NCBI GenBank assembly: GCA_902524845.1
Contig: CABZEW010000002.1
Coordinates: 1,160-65,159 of the forward strand
Reading direction: 5' to 3'
Length of the DNA: 64,000 bases
DNA from: an uncultured Alphaproteobacteria bacterium
GTDB taxonomy: Bacteria > Pseudomonadota > Alphaproteobacteria > Rhodobacterales > Rhodobacteraceae
The first letter of the stretch is position 1. The number at the start of each line of letters is the position of its first letter. Below the pieces are notes generated by a model that was given only the letters and a program-made list of their open reading frames with translations, was not told the DNA's origin and did not search any database. Positions 47,123 to 58,005 of this stretch are shown here, piece after piece. The position numbers were made by a program, and so were the translations under genes.

Positions 47123-47980
47123 ATGATCAAAAAGAGTTTTAATGAGGATATCGTCAAAGAGAAGATCGGATTAGCTGGCTGCGGGAATATGGGCCTGCCT
47201 ATGCTTTATTCAATGTTGTCGAAAAATATTGATGCACGGGGATATGATATAGATAGCAGAAAGTCTTTATCTGGCTTGGGAGAAAACTTTATCGATTCAA
47301 AAAAGAAGTTTCTAGATGATAGGCAAATTATAATCAGTGTCGTGAGAGATGCCGCAGATACTCTTGAGCTGTGTCTAGGAAGAAATGGCTTATTTGAGCA
47401 GAAATCAAATAAAATCTTGATAATATCTTCAACATTGTCTCCAAGGTTTTTGATGGATTTAAAGAGCAAAGCACCGAAAAACATTACAATTATTGATGCA
47501 CCTATGTCTGGAGCAACGGTGGCAGCAGAACAGTCAAGGCTCACATTTATGGTTGGATGTAAAAAAAAATTGTTTGATTATACCAAGCCACTTCTAACTG
47601 TTATGGGCAGCCAAATAAATCATGTGGGACACTATGGCTCAGGTATGATGGTAAAAGTGCTAAATAATTTTATTGCTGCAGCGTCTGTAGTGTCAGTTAG
47701 GCATGTCATTAATCAAGCTGAAAAATTTGATCTAGATATTGAAACAATATTTAAAACGATTGATACGTCATCAGGCCAAACGTGGTTTGGGACCAATAGA
47801 GAAAAAATTGATTGGTTTAAAGAACCTTATAATGATGATAATACCATTGGAATTCTCAAAAAAGATGTAGAGGCATATGTCGACGCCTTTGAGAATGTAT
47901 CGGAATTGGACAACTTTGTGACTGGTGAGCTTAGTTCCTCTATTATTAAAGCTATAAATAATATGCCATTGACAAGATGA
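47123..47980 (+). CDS. NAD(P)-dependent beta-hydroxyacid dehydrogenase (3-hydroxyisobutyrate dehydrogenase family)
   Basis: GLAGCGNMGLPM Rossmann motif and DAPMSG; about 285 aa. Confidence 0.75.
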   Translation: MIKKSFNEDIVKEKIGLAGCGNMGLPMLYSMLSKNIDARGYDIDSRKSLSGLGENFIDSKKKFLDDRQIIISVVRDAADTLELCLGRNGLFEQKSNKILIISSTLSPRFLMDLKSKAPKNITIIDAPMSGATVAAEQSRLTFMVGCKKKLFDYTKPLLTVMGSQINHVGHYGSGMMVKVLNNFIAAASVVSVRHVINQAEKFDLDIETIFKTIDTSSGQTWFGTNREKIDWFKEPYNDDNTIGILKKDVEAYVDAFENVSELDNFVTGELSSSIIKAINNMPLTR

Positions 47981-48014
47981 TAATGTAGAAATTTTTCTAA
48001 AAAGGTTTAATAGA

Positions 48015-48731
48015 ATGAACAATATTAAAGCGCTTACTTTCGATACTGGTGGAACTATACTTGACTGGCACTCAGGTTTCAGAGAGGCACTAAAGACAGT
48101 TGGTGAAAAATACAACTATCAAAAAGATTGGGCCTTTTTGAGTAATGAACTGAGAAGAAGAAGTTTAAATGCTATGCTCAATTTAGGTGAAAATGAACCT
48201 CCACGATACAATTTCGACGATGCTCATAGGTTCGTCTTGGAAGAACTAATTGAAGAAAACAACCTAACAAACTTTACGCAGGAAGACATTCGATATATCG
48301 CTTACGAAACAGTTCATAACCTAAAGTGTTGGGAGGATTTTCCAGATATACTCCCAAAATTGAAAAAAAACTTCATAGTATGTTCATTTACTATACTTAG
48401 CTATCGGATAATAATTGATACTGCGCGAAAAAACTCTCTTAGTTGGGACGCAGTGTTTTCCTGCGAAGGTATTAAAAAATATAAACTTTTGCCAGAAGCT
48501 TATGATACCGTTAGAACGCATCTTCAAATACAGCCTGAGCAGTGTATGATGGTTGCTTGTCATAATTTCGATTTAGACGCGGCGAAGCGCGTGGGTTTTA
48601 AAACAGCCTTTGTGAAAAGACCAGATGAGTGGGGGGAGCAGGGACCCCCTGATCCAATTCCAAATCCTAAGCATGATTTAATCGCGGAGGACTTTCCAGA
48701 TTTACTTATTAAAATGGAAAGGTTTTTATAG
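48015..48731 (+). CDS. HAD-superfamily hydrolase (haloacid dehalogenase type II-like)
   Basis: FDTGGTILDW motif I and a late ACHNFDLDAAKRVGF. Confidence 0.7.
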   Translation: MNNIKALTFDTGGTILDWHSGFREALKTVGEKYNYQKDWAFLSNELRRRSLNAMLNLGENEPPRYNFDDAHRFVLEELIEENNLTNFTQEDIRYIAYETVHNLKCWEDFPDILPKLKKNFIVCSFTILSYRIIIDTARKNSLSWDAVFSCEGIKKYKLLPEAYDTVRTHLQIQPEQCMMVACHNFDLDAAKRVGFKTAFVKRPDEWGEQGPPDPIPNPKHDLIAEDFPDLLIKMERFL

Positions 48732-48768
48732 GCTTTTTAAAAGAAAAGTTATTCATAATTAAAATCAT

Positions 48769-49494
48769 TTATTCTTCAATTTTCTTTGAAGCGTTTACCA
48801 GTGGATCGACTACTTTTCCCTTTAGGTCAATGCCTATACCACATTTGCATCCTGGGCAATTTAGACAAGTGTCTAACCCAAGTTTTACGGCTTGAGTTAC
48901 TGCATCATCTTTCTGTTGATTGCTCGAGACAGGATCTAAAACAATAGCTTGTAGCTTCAACAATGAAAAGGGGTTTCCATACTTATATCTTTCTCTACTT
49001 TCATTAAGTTCAACATTATTTTTTTCATGCATTGGACAATTATGAAGGCAAGCGTAGCACTCTATGCAGGATGTAAGTTCATGATAATCTTCGGAGGCAT
49101 CAACATTTAGATCATTACCACCAGAATTTCGGTAAATTTTTCCCCGAAGCTGCCTAGATATTTGATCTCTTTTCACAACCAAATCAGTTATTACTGGCAG
49201 AGTCGACATTGCCTTTAAATTATCATTTTCCCGGACTACAGAACGACAAGCTATTCTTGGTAATCCATTTATATCTATCGTACAAACTCCGCAGTTTCTT
49301 GCACGACATCCATACCTAAATGCCAGATCAGGAAGGCTTGTTTCCTGAGCTTGAAGCAAAATATCAAGTGCCATAGGTTTTTCTCTATCATGTCTTTTTT
49401 TATATTTGAATTTGACCGGAATATCTTTGCCGTCTAAATGAGTAATGATCGTGACATTAAGATATTGACGATCTCTAACATTTTTAATGGTCAT
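48769..49494 (-). CDS. succinate dehydrogenase/fumarate reductase-type iron-sulfur subunit
   Basis: CRARNCGVCTIDINGLPRIAC (2Fe-2S), CIECYACLHNCP and CLNCPGCKC (4Fe-4S/3Fe-4S). Confidence 0.75.
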   Translation of the reverse strand: MTIKNVRDRQYLNVTIITHLDGKDIPVKFKYKKRHDREKPMALDILLQAQETSLPDLAFRYGCRARNCGVCTIDINGLPRIACRSVVRENDNLKAMSTLPVITDLVVKRDQISRQLRGKIYRNSGGNDLNVDASEDYHELTSCIECYACLHNCPMHEKNNVELNESRERYKYGNPFSLLKLQAIVLDPVSSNQQKDDAVTQAVKLGLDTCLNCPGCKCGIGIDLKGKVVDPLVNASKKIEE

Positions 49495-51443
49495 AGTATT
49501 TTTTGATCTCCTATAGCGGCCTCTACACTTCCTGGTTGGACAGTAATTGAAGATTTTTGAATATTCATAATTTTTTTGTAACGCTTTTCGAGAATATTGT
49601 CCTTTAGCCTCATAGGCATAAGTCTTAAAAATTTTGCTCCCAAGAACTTCTTTTGTTCTTCAAACTTAAATTTTATGAGCTTTTTAAAGTCAGTTTGTTT
49701 CCTTTGCAATCGAGTAACATGCGCATCATTACCAAAAAATCTTGCAACGGTTGAGTACGGCTTTGAAAAAAGCGAGATGTTTGGACAGTCGGATCTTACA
49801 TGGCCTCCTAGACTCCCATCTCTTTCTAATGCCGCAATAGCCATTAATTCTGCGGTATCCAGCATGTTTTCTAGTTCAAGGTACTCAATTAAAGCTTGAT
49901 TCCATTTTGTTCTATTTGAAATATTGATATTTTTCAGTTGCTTTTTTGTTTTTCTAATGAATAACTTTGTGTTAGTCAGTCTTCTCTTATCTCTTATTGG
50001 CCCTAAATTTTCCCAACATTTTTTTTGAACTGTAAGTTTTATTTTTGATGCGTGTAGATGACCTTTTTGTCCAATTAACGAATGAACTCTTTTTGCTTTT
50101 TCAATAAATAATTTTTTATTTAAAAGGTTAATTACAGATTTTTGTGCATGAAGAGCAGCACTCTTTCCAGCGCGCTGTCCAAAAACAGCTCCCTCTGTTA
50201 ACGAGGTAGATCCAAGTCTATTTGCGCCAAAAAGTCCCCCCATTGCCTGGCCTGCAGCAAATAATCCTGATATACCACGATTTCTTAAACCATTTGATCC
50301 GCCTATAGAACGACAATTTTCATCAACTCTTATTCCTCCCATCATGTAATGTGCGCTTGGCCTTACCTCCCATAAGTCGTCACATTGTGACTCACTCTTG
50401 CTCATAGCTTGTCTTACATTGTTATAAGCCGAGGGCAAACTGCCTTTAAGGAAATTCATAAAGTACACCCCTGATTTAGGAGCTCTTTTGTTAGCTGTCA
50501 TATCCAGATATGCGCCACCATTCTTAGTTCCTCTTCCATCTTCAACTGCTTTCATTATCGCTGCTGAACACTCTGCACGTGTTCGCAAGTATACGCCATC
50601 CAAAATCACTTTTTTATTCTTATCTCTCAATACTCCCAAGTAGCTTGCAGTAACTGGTTCACCCCCCAATAATCCTTCAAACGCGGGGGGAGAAGTGAGG
50701 CAAAACGGTAAGAACTGTATTTGTTCCATGTCCACTAATTCGGCTCCAGCGCGAGCCGCAATAGCATAGCTGTCACCAGTATTTCCTCTCATTGTGTCAG
50801 TTTTAGGAAAATATATTGTTGATAGCCCTCCGGACGCAACAACAACAGAAGCGCATACAACTGCTAAAATTTCGCCACACTGAGCATCATAAATTAGAGC
50901 TCCAACAACTGATTTTGTATCATCTTTATTTGTTTCAGTTATTACGTCTATTAACCAACAATCTTCTTTGTAATCAATTTTTGTGTCCTTCACAATTGAG
51001 TTCCAATTTGCATGGCCAAATGCCACACCGCTATTTTTATGTCCGATACTTCTTCTCTTTGTATGACCCCCCATCGGAAGAGGAAGTGGGTCAGGGTTGT
51101 TTGTAATTGCAGAAATTTTGGGCCTTAGGCCGTTTGCTCTAACTTTGTCGTATGCCTTTTGACTATCTTTTGCGAAAGCAGATGTGATATTAATGTCGGG
51201 AAGATCACCACCTGCTAATTGTAAATTTTCCGATAAAGCATTTTCACTATCGTCTTCTGATCCAGATCCTCTAACAGTTGCAATCCCCTCAGAAATTTTG
51301 GTATCAGACGCACTTAAAGGGTCTTTAGTTACCAACAGGACAGATGCCCCCATATCAGACGCAGTTTCTGCCGCATTTGATCCAGCACCTCCCGAACCCA
51401 CTACCAGAACATCGTACTCTTTCCAGACCAAATTTATTCGCAT
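49491..51443 (-). CDS. FAD-binding flavoprotein of the succinate dehydrogenase/fumarate reductase/L-aspartate oxidase family
   Basis: YDVLVVGSGGAGSNAA dinucleotide fold and AHYMMGGIRVD. 4-nt overlap with the Fe-S subunit. No membrane anchor genes adjacent. Confidence 0.8.
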   Translation of the reverse strand: MRINLVWKEYDVLVVGSGGAGSNAAETASDMGASVLLVTKDPLSASDTKISEGIATVRGSGSEDDSENALSENLQLAGGDLPDINITSAFAKDSQKAYDKVRANGLRPKISAITNNPDPLPLPMGGHTKRRSIGHKNSGVAFGHANWNSIVKDTKIDYKEDCWLIDVITETNKDDTKSVVGALIYDAQCGEILAVVCASVVVASGGLSTIYFPKTDTMRGNTGDSYAIAARAGAELVDMEQIQFLPFCLTSPPAFEGLLGGEPVTASYLGVLRDKNKKVILDGVYLRTRAECSAAIMKAVEDGRGTKNGGAYLDMTANKRAPKSGVYFMNFLKGSLPSAYNNVRQAMSKSESQCDDLWEVRPSAHYMMGGIRVDENCRSIGGSNGLRNRGISGLFAAGQAMGGLFGANRLGSTSLTEGAVFGQRAGKSAALHAQKSVINLLNKKLFIEKAKRVHSLIGQKGHLHASKIKLTVQKKCWENLGPIRDKRRLTNTKLFIRKTKKQLKNINISNRTKWNQALIEYLELENMLDTAELMAIAALERDGSLGGHVRSDCPNISLFSKPYSTVARFFGNDAHVTRLQRKQTDFKKLIKFKFEEQKKFLGAKFLRLMPMRLKDNILEKRYKKIMNIQKSSITVQPGSVEAAIGDQKIL

Positions 51444-51832
51444 CCTATACCCCAGTCAATATAAGCGACTAAACTTACTTCAGAATTTAAGTATATTTAA
51501 AAAAGAGAATGTGGTCTAGCATTTTAAAAAACAGTTTGTACTAATGAGTAATAATAATTATTAAAATCTTTAAATATCCTTACATGATTAGTAGGCATAG
51601 TGCGCGCAAAGTGATTATGGCTTAAACCTTGTGTTGGTAAAATTTATGTCCGAATTATTGTAAAAAAACAGTGAGTGCGATGCTTGATAAAGACATGAAG
51701 CAAGGCGGACCTTAAAATTCAGGTTTAATGGGTTGATATCTCGTAAAATTATCAACCATTTTGCAAGAAAAAGGTACCCTCGACTTATCAATTTCTATTT
51801 CTTAAGTAAGGTTCTAAAGTTATTTCAAAGAC

Positions 51833-53140
51833 TTATTTTTTATCTGCAATTTGAAGTGCTTGATCTATATCTGCAACTATATCGTCGATATGTTCAATTC
51901 CTACCGCTAGCCTTATGTAGCCTGGAGTCACGCCAGCTTTGAACTGATCTTGTAGCGAAAGTTGAGAATGGGTGGTGGATGAGGGATGAATGGCTAGTGT
52001 TCGCGTATCACCAATATTCGCTACATGATACACCATTTTAAGATTATTAATGAATTCTTTTCCAGCATCAGCTCCTCCTCGTAGTACCATTCCCACAATA
52101 GGGCCATAACCGGTTTTGAGGTATTTATCTGCAGTTGCCTTGTCTTTCCCCTCAAACAGGGAGGGGTAAATAACTTGTTGCACGGCTTTATGAGACAAGA
52201 GATAATTAGCCAATTTCTCTGCGTTTTCCTGATGTGCTTTGTAGCGCAATGGGAGTGTCTCAAGTCCTTGGATTATGTTAAATGAATTCATTGGTGATAT
52301 CGCTGAACCTAAATCTCTTAAAAGAACCACTCTTGCTCTTACCGTAAACGCAATAGGAGCACCTAGCGCATCCGGAACGAGTTGACCCCAGATAGCCCCA
52401 TGATAACTTTCGTCAGGTTGATTAAATAGCGGTTGTCTTTTAGGATTTGCTGTCCAATCAAAGTTACCACTGTCTACTATAATGCCACCTATCGAGTTTC
52501 CATGTCCGCCTATATATTTAGTGAGTGAATTTACAACAATAGCAGCGCCATGATCGATAGGCCGACAGGTTAATGGTGATACCGTATTATCTATAATTAA
52601 CGGTATGCCTAACTCTTTCCCAATATTAGCAACTTCTTCAATTGGAAAAACTTTCAATTTGGGATTTGGAATTGTCTCCCCAAAAAAAGCTCTAGTATTT
52701 TCATCAACAAGCTCTCCAAATGTTTCAGGTTTTTCCGGATCAGCGAAGCGAACCTCAATCCCAAACTGCTTAAAGGTATTTACAAACAAGTTCCAAGTAC
52801 CGCCATAGAGATGTGGAGATGAAACAATATTATCACCAGCACTACATAAGTTTTGTATAGCTAACGCAGTCGCTGAGGAACCTGACGATAGCGCAAGGGC
52901 TGCGGATCCGCCTTCTATCGAAGCAACTCTTTCTTCAAGAACAGCATTAGTTGGATTCATTATTCGAGTGTAGATATTTCCAAGCTCTTTTAGAGCGAAT
53001 AGGTTTGCTGCATGCTCTGTATTTTTGAATTGATAACTCGTTGTTTGGTAAATAGGCACAGCCACTGCATTGGTATTTGAGTCGCTCCTATATTGGCCAC
53101 CGTGTAAAACCAAAGTTTCTGCGTTTGTGTAATCAGTCAT
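51833..53140 (-). CDS. metY: O-acetylhomoserine aminocarboxypropyltransferase/sulfhydrylase
   Basis: 435 aa Cys/Met-metabolism PLP enzyme with PLP lysine in SLTKYIGGHGNSIGG and an N-terminal ETLVLHGGQ. Confidence 0.85.
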   Translation of the reverse strand: MTDYTNAETLVLHGGQYRSDSNTNAVAVPIYQTTSYQFKNTEHAANLFALKELGNIYTRIMNPTNAVLEERVASIEGGSAALALSSGSSATALAIQNLCSAGDNIVSSPHLYGGTWNLFVNTFKQFGIEVRFADPEKPETFGELVDENTRAFFGETIPNPKLKVFPIEEVANIGKELGIPLIIDNTVSPLTCRPIDHGAAIVVNSLTKYIGGHGNSIGGIIVDSGNFDWTANPKRQPLFNQPDESYHGAIWGQLVPDALGAPIAFTVRARVVLLRDLGSAISPMNSFNIIQGLETLPLRYKAHQENAEKLANYLLSHKAVQQVIYPSLFEGKDKATADKYLKTGYGPIVGMVLRGGADAGKEFINNLKMVYHVANIGDTRTLAIHPSSTTHSQLSLQDQFKAGVTPGYIRLAVGIEHIDDIVADIDQALQIADKK

Positions 53141-53280
53141 ATTGGACCTCTATAAATAAAATTTTACCAACCGTAAGAAAAAAATTCGGCTATTTAAATA
53201 AAAAATTGAAAATTTTCCAAAAAAATCTCATTATGGTAAATATTTAAGAAAATTTTTCTAATTTTTCAAGGAATAAAGGA

Positions 53281-53733
53281 ATGGATGATATTGACAAAAA
53301 ACTTTTGAATCTTCTGCAAGTGAATGCGGATTTACCTTTATCTGAAATCGCGAAGAAAGTAGGGGTCTCATCAACTCCGTGTTGGAACAGGATTAAAAAG
53401 CTCGAAGAAAAAGGTATAATTAAATACAAAGTATCACTTGTTGACAAAGAAAAGGTCGGTTATGCGGTCACAGTCTTCCTCTCCATTTCTGTTAGCAATC
53501 ATAATACAGATTGGTTCACTGAGTTCGAGAAAGTTGTCATGCGTCATAGACATATTTTAGAGGTGCATCGCTTAACAGGATCAGGTGCGGACTACTTATT
53601 AAAAATTATTGCTAAGAGTATTGAGGAATATGATGCATTCCAGCAAAAATTAATATCAGAGATCCAGTTTACAGGGATGTCGTCAAGCATTTCTTTAAAA
53701 GAGGTAAAAAACGTTAAACAAATACCGGTATAA
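53281..53733 (+). CDS. Lrp/AsnC family transcriptional regulator
   Basis: MDDIDKKLLNLLQVNADLPLSEIAKKVGVSSTPCWNRIKKLEEKGII HTH plus a RAM domain. Divergent from metY. Confidence 0.9.
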   Translation: MDDIDKKLLNLLQVNADLPLSEIAKKVGVSSTPCWNRIKKLEEKGIIKYKVSLVDKEKVGYAVTVFLSISVSNHNTDWFTEFEKVVMRHRHILEVHRLTGSGADYLLKIIAKSIEEYDAFQQKLISEIQFTGMSSSISLKEVKNVKQIPV

Positions 53734-53812
53734 ATTTTTCTATGAGCGTATTCTCGATCCTTCCGAGTCTCATAGACAATTGCCAAGCTCCACGCAAAGA
53801 TTTTCCTTTAGA

Positions 53813-54604
53813 TTATTTTCCTTTCCATTTTGGAGGTCTCTTTTCAGCAAACGCTTTAGCTCCTTCAATTTGATCTTCACTCGAATATAATTGATCAACA
53901 GTTTTAAATTGTCTTTTGGTTATCCTGTTCAAGGCATCTTGAAATTTTGTGTCTTCTGCATCACGTACAATTTCTTTTATGGCAGCATAAACTAGCGGTG
54001 GTCCACTTGCTAAGAGTTCAGCTAGTTCCCAAGCCTTTTTTCTTAGTTGGTCAAATTTTACTATTTCCTTTATTAAACCATACGACTTCGCTTCCGGGGC
54101 ATTAAACCATCGTCCTGTTAATAAAAGATCCATAGCGACATGGTATGGTATTCTTTTTGGAAGCTTAATGGAAGCAGCATCAGCTACAGTTCCTGATCGA
54201 ATCTCTGGCAATGCAAAAGTAGCGTTTTCGGAGCAGATAATTAGATCACAGGATAGAGCTATCTCTAAACCTCCGCCGCAACAAATGCCGTTTACTGCAC
54301 AAATAACCGGCTTATTGAGATTCCCAAGTTCTTGCAGTCCTCCAAAGCCTCCAATCCCATAGTCACCATCTACAGCATCTTCTTTGGCAGCAGCTTTTAA
54401 ATCCCACCCTGCGGTAAAAAATTTCTCTCCCTCTGCTCTTAAGATAGCTACTCTTAATTTAGGGTTATCTCTGAACCCCATAAAGATTTCGCCCATTTTC
54501 TGACTAGTCAGCAAATCAATCGCGTTTGCCTTGGGGCGATCAAGAGTAACCTCAAGAATTGTTCCCTTAATTTTTGTTTTTAGCTCACAGGTGTTTATTG
54601 CCAT
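53813..54604 (-). CDS. enoyl-CoA hydratase/isomerase (crotonase) family protein
   Basis: 263 aa with oxyanion-hole segments FFTAGWDLK and VNGICCGGGLEIAL. Confidence 0.85.
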   Translation of the reverse strand: MAINTCELKTKIKGTILEVTLDRPKANAIDLLTSQKMGEIFMGFRDNPKLRVAILRAEGEKFFTAGWDLKAAAKEDAVDGDYGIGGFGGLQELGNLNKPVICAVNGICCGGGLEIALSCDLIICSENATFALPEIRSGTVADAASIKLPKRIPYHVAMDLLLTGRWFNAPEAKSYGLIKEIVKFDQLRKKAWELAELLASGPPLVYAAIKEIVRDAEDTKFQDALNRITKRQFKTVDQLYSSEDQIEGAKAFAEKRPPKWKGK

Positions 54605-54683
54605 TTTTTACCGTCTAATAATTTTCTCTTATAAGTGCGTCAGCCACAAAGACTTCATTTGATTTCACTAAAAGTGGATTTAT

Positions 54684-55004
54684 TTATAATTCAATTATCC
54701 TGTCCTTATTGTCTATAGCATAGCGCTGAAGCACGAAAATTGCCAAAACTAACTTTGCAATATTAACTGCTTTTTTGTTCCTATAACAATTTAGTAAGGG
54801 CCATATTCGTAGTTTTATCAATGCTACTTTTATCTCATATTTGTTACATGGCATACACAATGTAACGGTATCTCCTCGTAATTCTGATAAAATTCCACCC
54901 TCTCCGATAGTAAGCATATATCCATGTTGAGGATCTCTTACAATTCCTACTAACAGTTCTACAAAAACATTATTTACTTGGTGTTCAATAAGAAGGTTTC
55001 TGAC
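54684..55004 (-). pseudogene. C-terminal remnant of an ADP-forming acyl-CoA synthetase (ATP-grasp) gene
   Basis: Open frame of 107 codons bounded upstream by TAA at 55007..55005. ELLVGIVRDPQHGYMLTIGEGGILSELRGDTV resembles the ATP-grasp_5 region, and the N-terminal ~600 aa are absent. Confidence 0.4.
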
Positions 55005-55166
55005 TTAGTCACTTAAATTAAAGTCCACAGTTCAATCGATCCCTAGACTTGTAAAAATATCATAATTGTTTAATCCTAATATCAATTTTGTTGAAAACCA
55101 AAGCAAAAAACTTGCGAGCATTTGCGTGCCTAGCCAAAATCATAACTGGATCTTGCAGGAAGTACC

Positions 55167-56585
55167 ATGGAAAGACTGTCACTTAAACAAATTATTAAAT
55201 TATTGAGTGCTAGAAAAATATCAGAAGAAGAGCTAGTAAAATATTATTACTCTAGAATAGAGAAATACAATCCAACCCTTAATGCGGTCGTGTCTCTTAG
55301 AAATATTGATCAGGTTTTTGATGATCTTGCTTCATTAAAGCGCTCTTTATCTGGGCAAAAAAGAAAGTTGTTGGGTATACCTCTTGCCATAAAAGATTTG
55401 ATTGATGTTGCGGGTCTGCCAACGACCTACGGAGTCCCGAAATATAAAAACAATATAGCAAAAAAAAACAGCCTAATTGTTGAAAGACTAATTGACAGTG
55501 GTGCTTTAATAATTGGAAAAACTAATACGCCTGAGTGGGGACTAGGGTCGCAAACATTTAACCGACTTTTTGGCACCACAGCTAATCCTTATGATACCTC
55601 TAAAACTCCTGGTGGCTCAAGCGGTGGAGCGGCCGCAGCCATTGCCGCCGATTTAATCCCAGTAGCTGATGGATCAGACATGATGGGTTCATGTCGAAAT
55701 CCTGCTGCCTATTGTAATCTATATGGGTTCAGACCAACCCCAGGGGTAATACCCGAAGAAAGATCAAAAACAAGACATAAAAAGTTACCCATATTATCAA
55801 CTCTTGGCATAATAGCAAAAAACCCTGAAGATTTGGCCTATTCCCTTGATATTGTTTCAGGCGCACACAGATCTGATCCGTTTTCTTTCAATCTAAACAG
55901 CTCTTTTGATGACTCGCAGATCTGTGATGATTCAGAAAAAAAAATAAAAATTGGCTGGTTAGACAATTTTGATGGTTATTATCAAGTGGACGAAGAGATA
56001 CGTAATCAGTGTAAGTTAACACTTGTTACACTCGCTCAAAACAAAGTCGCAGTTGAAGAAGTAAAGCCAACGGCTAATCCCCATAACCTAAGTGAAAGTT
56101 GGAAAACGCTAAGGTCAAAAAGCCTACATGACGAGTTGGTAAAATACAAATTGAGTGCAGATGAAAAAATACATTCCATTGATTGGGAAATTAGAAATGG
56201 TGAGTTAATTAAAGAAGAGGATGTTGATAAAGCATTATTATGGAGATCACAATGGCACAAGGATATTAATTCAATTTTCAAAAAATATGATTATTTGGCT
56301 TTGCCTGCTGCTCAAGTTTATCCCTTTAATAAAGATATCCCATCTCCTGCTGCGATTAATGGAGTTCAGATGGAGACATACCATCAGTGGATGGACATAG
56401 TTGTTTTAGCAAGCATTCTGGGCTTGCCAACAATCTCAGTTCCTGTTGGCTTGAATAGAGACGGTCTCCCTATAGGAATGCAGATAATAGGAAACAGAAT
56501 GTCTGATACAAATTTAATCGCCTTTGCAAAAAAATACGAAGCTTTATTCAATTACTCTGAAATAATCCCAAAAGATTTTAATTAG
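55167..56585 (+). CDS. amidase (amidase-signature family)
   Basis: 472 aa with a GGSSGGAAAAIA signature and the K-S-S triad context. Confidence 0.85.
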   Translation: MERLSLKQIIKLLSARKISEEELVKYYYSRIEKYNPTLNAVVSLRNIDQVFDDLASLKRSLSGQKRKLLGIPLAIKDLIDVAGLPTTYGVPKYKNNIAKKNSLIVERLIDSGALIIGKTNTPEWGLGSQTFNRLFGTTANPYDTSKTPGGSSGGAAAAIAADLIPVADGSDMMGSCRNPAAYCNLYGFRPTPGVIPEERSKTRHKKLPILSTLGIIAKNPEDLAYSLDIVSGAHRSDPFSFNLNSSFDDSQICDDSEKKIKIGWLDNFDGYYQVDEEIRNQCKLTLVTLAQNKVAVEEVKPTANPHNLSESWKTLRSKSLHDELVKYKLSADEKIHSIDWEIRNGELIKEEDVDKALLWRSQWHKDINSIFKKYDYLALPAAQVYPFNKDIPSPAAINGVQMETYHQWMDIVVLASILGLPTISVPVGLNRDGLPIGMQIIGNRMSDTNLIAFAKKYEALFNYSEIIPKDFN

Positions 56586-56697
56586 TTGAACGCATTTTTC
56601 GCATTAGATAAAAAAATGTATGTTATAAATATGGGATTCAAGTCCAAGCACAGATAACAGATAGCTCAATAACCATTAATGGAGAAAAAAGATACGC

Positions 56698-57966
56698 ATG
56701 AATTTCCAAGATTTTTTTAATCCTGATAGGGTCGTAGATTTAAGTTTTTTTAACTTTGAGAACGCTATCACTGCCTGCTATTACGCAGATAAGAATTTGA
56801 GAGTGAAAAAGGTCAATAAAAACTTTAAAGGTTTTTTTCCTGTTTTAGGCAACGTTAAGGATGCGTACTTCCCAGACATTTTGAAGCAGTTAGGAGTAAC
56901 TGACGAACAGATAAACCTTTTTGAAAATGAAATACATAATAAGGGCTCTGTTTTAATTCCTAAGGTAAAAATTATTATAGATAATAACGAGCGGCTCTTT
57001 TCATTGCTTTCAACAAAAACCAAAAACTCTGACTTTGAGTACTTAAATGGAATTCAAGGTCAATTCGTAGATAGAACAAATGAGCATGAGTTAACCAAGC
57101 AGAGAGACTTACTTATAGAAGGGCAACTTAAAGATAAACAAATAATTGAGGAGAAAAGTAAAAAACTTGAAAGTCTAGCTACTAGATTAGCCAAATATCT
57201 TTCTCCACAGATTTATAAAAATATTTTTGACGAAGAAAAGGAGCAAGGGGTCTCTCATAGCAGAAAAAACCTAACCGTTTTTTTTTCTGATATCGTAAGT
57301 TTTACTGATTTAACTGATAAGATGGAGCCGGAGAAACTCGCATTAATTATCAATTCCTACCTGTCAGAAATGTCGACAATAGCTATAAAATATGGTGGTA
57401 CGATAGATAAATTTATTGGTGACGCTTTAATGGTTTTTTTCGGTGATCCAGAAACTCTAGGAGAAACTGATGACGCCCTAAAGTGTATAGAAATGGCGAT
57501 AGCTATGCAGGAAAGAGTAAAAGAATTGCAATCACACTGGAGGGGCTTAGGAGCGGTTGAAGGAATCTCGGTCAGGATGGGGGTTTCAAATGGCTTTTGT
57601 ACGGTAGGAAACTTTGGCTCAGACTTACGATTAGACTATACAATACTTGGAAGCCCAGTGAACCTAGCTGCGAGACTTCAGTCTATGGCTGAAGTAGACG
57701 ATATGCTTGTTGATGAAAACACAAAAAACCTAATTTCATCAGAGGTTGAAACTGATTTTGTTAAAGAATATACGCCCAAGGGGTTTGTGAGACCAATTGG
57801 AGTATTTAAAGTTAAGAAATTAAAGTCTCAAAAAGAAAGTAAGATAAGATTGTCGCACAAAGGGAAGAGGGTTGAAATTAATGTCACGGATAGTTCCGAT
57901 ATTCGTGCCGCGATTGAGGAATTAAAGTCTATCCAACAAGCGTATGAAAAGCAGCTAGATAAATAA
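56698..57966 (+). CDS. class III adenylate/guanylate cyclase with N-terminal sensor-like domain and coiled coil
   Basis: 422 aa. C-terminal cyclase domain (VFFSDIVSFTDLTD, DKFIGDALMVFFG, DYTILGSPVNLAARL). Soluble, unlike the cassette-borne paralogs. Confidence 0.85.
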   Translation: MNFQDFFNPDRVVDLSFFNFENAITACYYADKNLRVKKVNKNFKGFFPVLGNVKDAYFPDILKQLGVTDEQINLFENEIHNKGSVLIPKVKIIIDNNERLFSLLSTKTKNSDFEYLNGIQGQFVDRTNEHELTKQRDLLIEGQLKDKQIIEEKSKKLESLATRLAKYLSPQIYKNIFDEEKEQGVSHSRKNLTVFFSDIVSFTDLTDKMEPEKLALIINSYLSEMSTIAIKYGGTIDKFIGDALMVFFGDPETLGETDDALKCIEMAIAMQERVKELQSHWRGLGAVEGISVRMGVSNGFCTVGNFGSDLRLDYTILGSPVNLAARLQSMAEVDDMLVDENTKNLISSEVETDFVKEYTPKGFVRPIGVFKVKKLKSQKESKIRLSHKGKRVEINVTDSSDIRAAIEELKSIQQAYEKQLDK

Positions 57967-58005
57967 TTTTATTGATTTGGTTTTAAAACGCAATTTTTTA
58001 GAGAC

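Noticed and set aside
53141-53280. A SAM-II/SAM-V-type riboswitch in the metY leader
   Set aside because: metY is a known target of these riboswitches in marine alphaproteobacteria, and the leader has a U-rich loop (CCGAAUUUUUUUCUUACGG) and a UUGG/CCAA pairing near the start. I could not recognise the conserved pseudoknot core (e.g. the AAAGCU element), and the region is shared with the divergent lrp promoter. Rfam RF00521/RF01826 scans are needed before any call.
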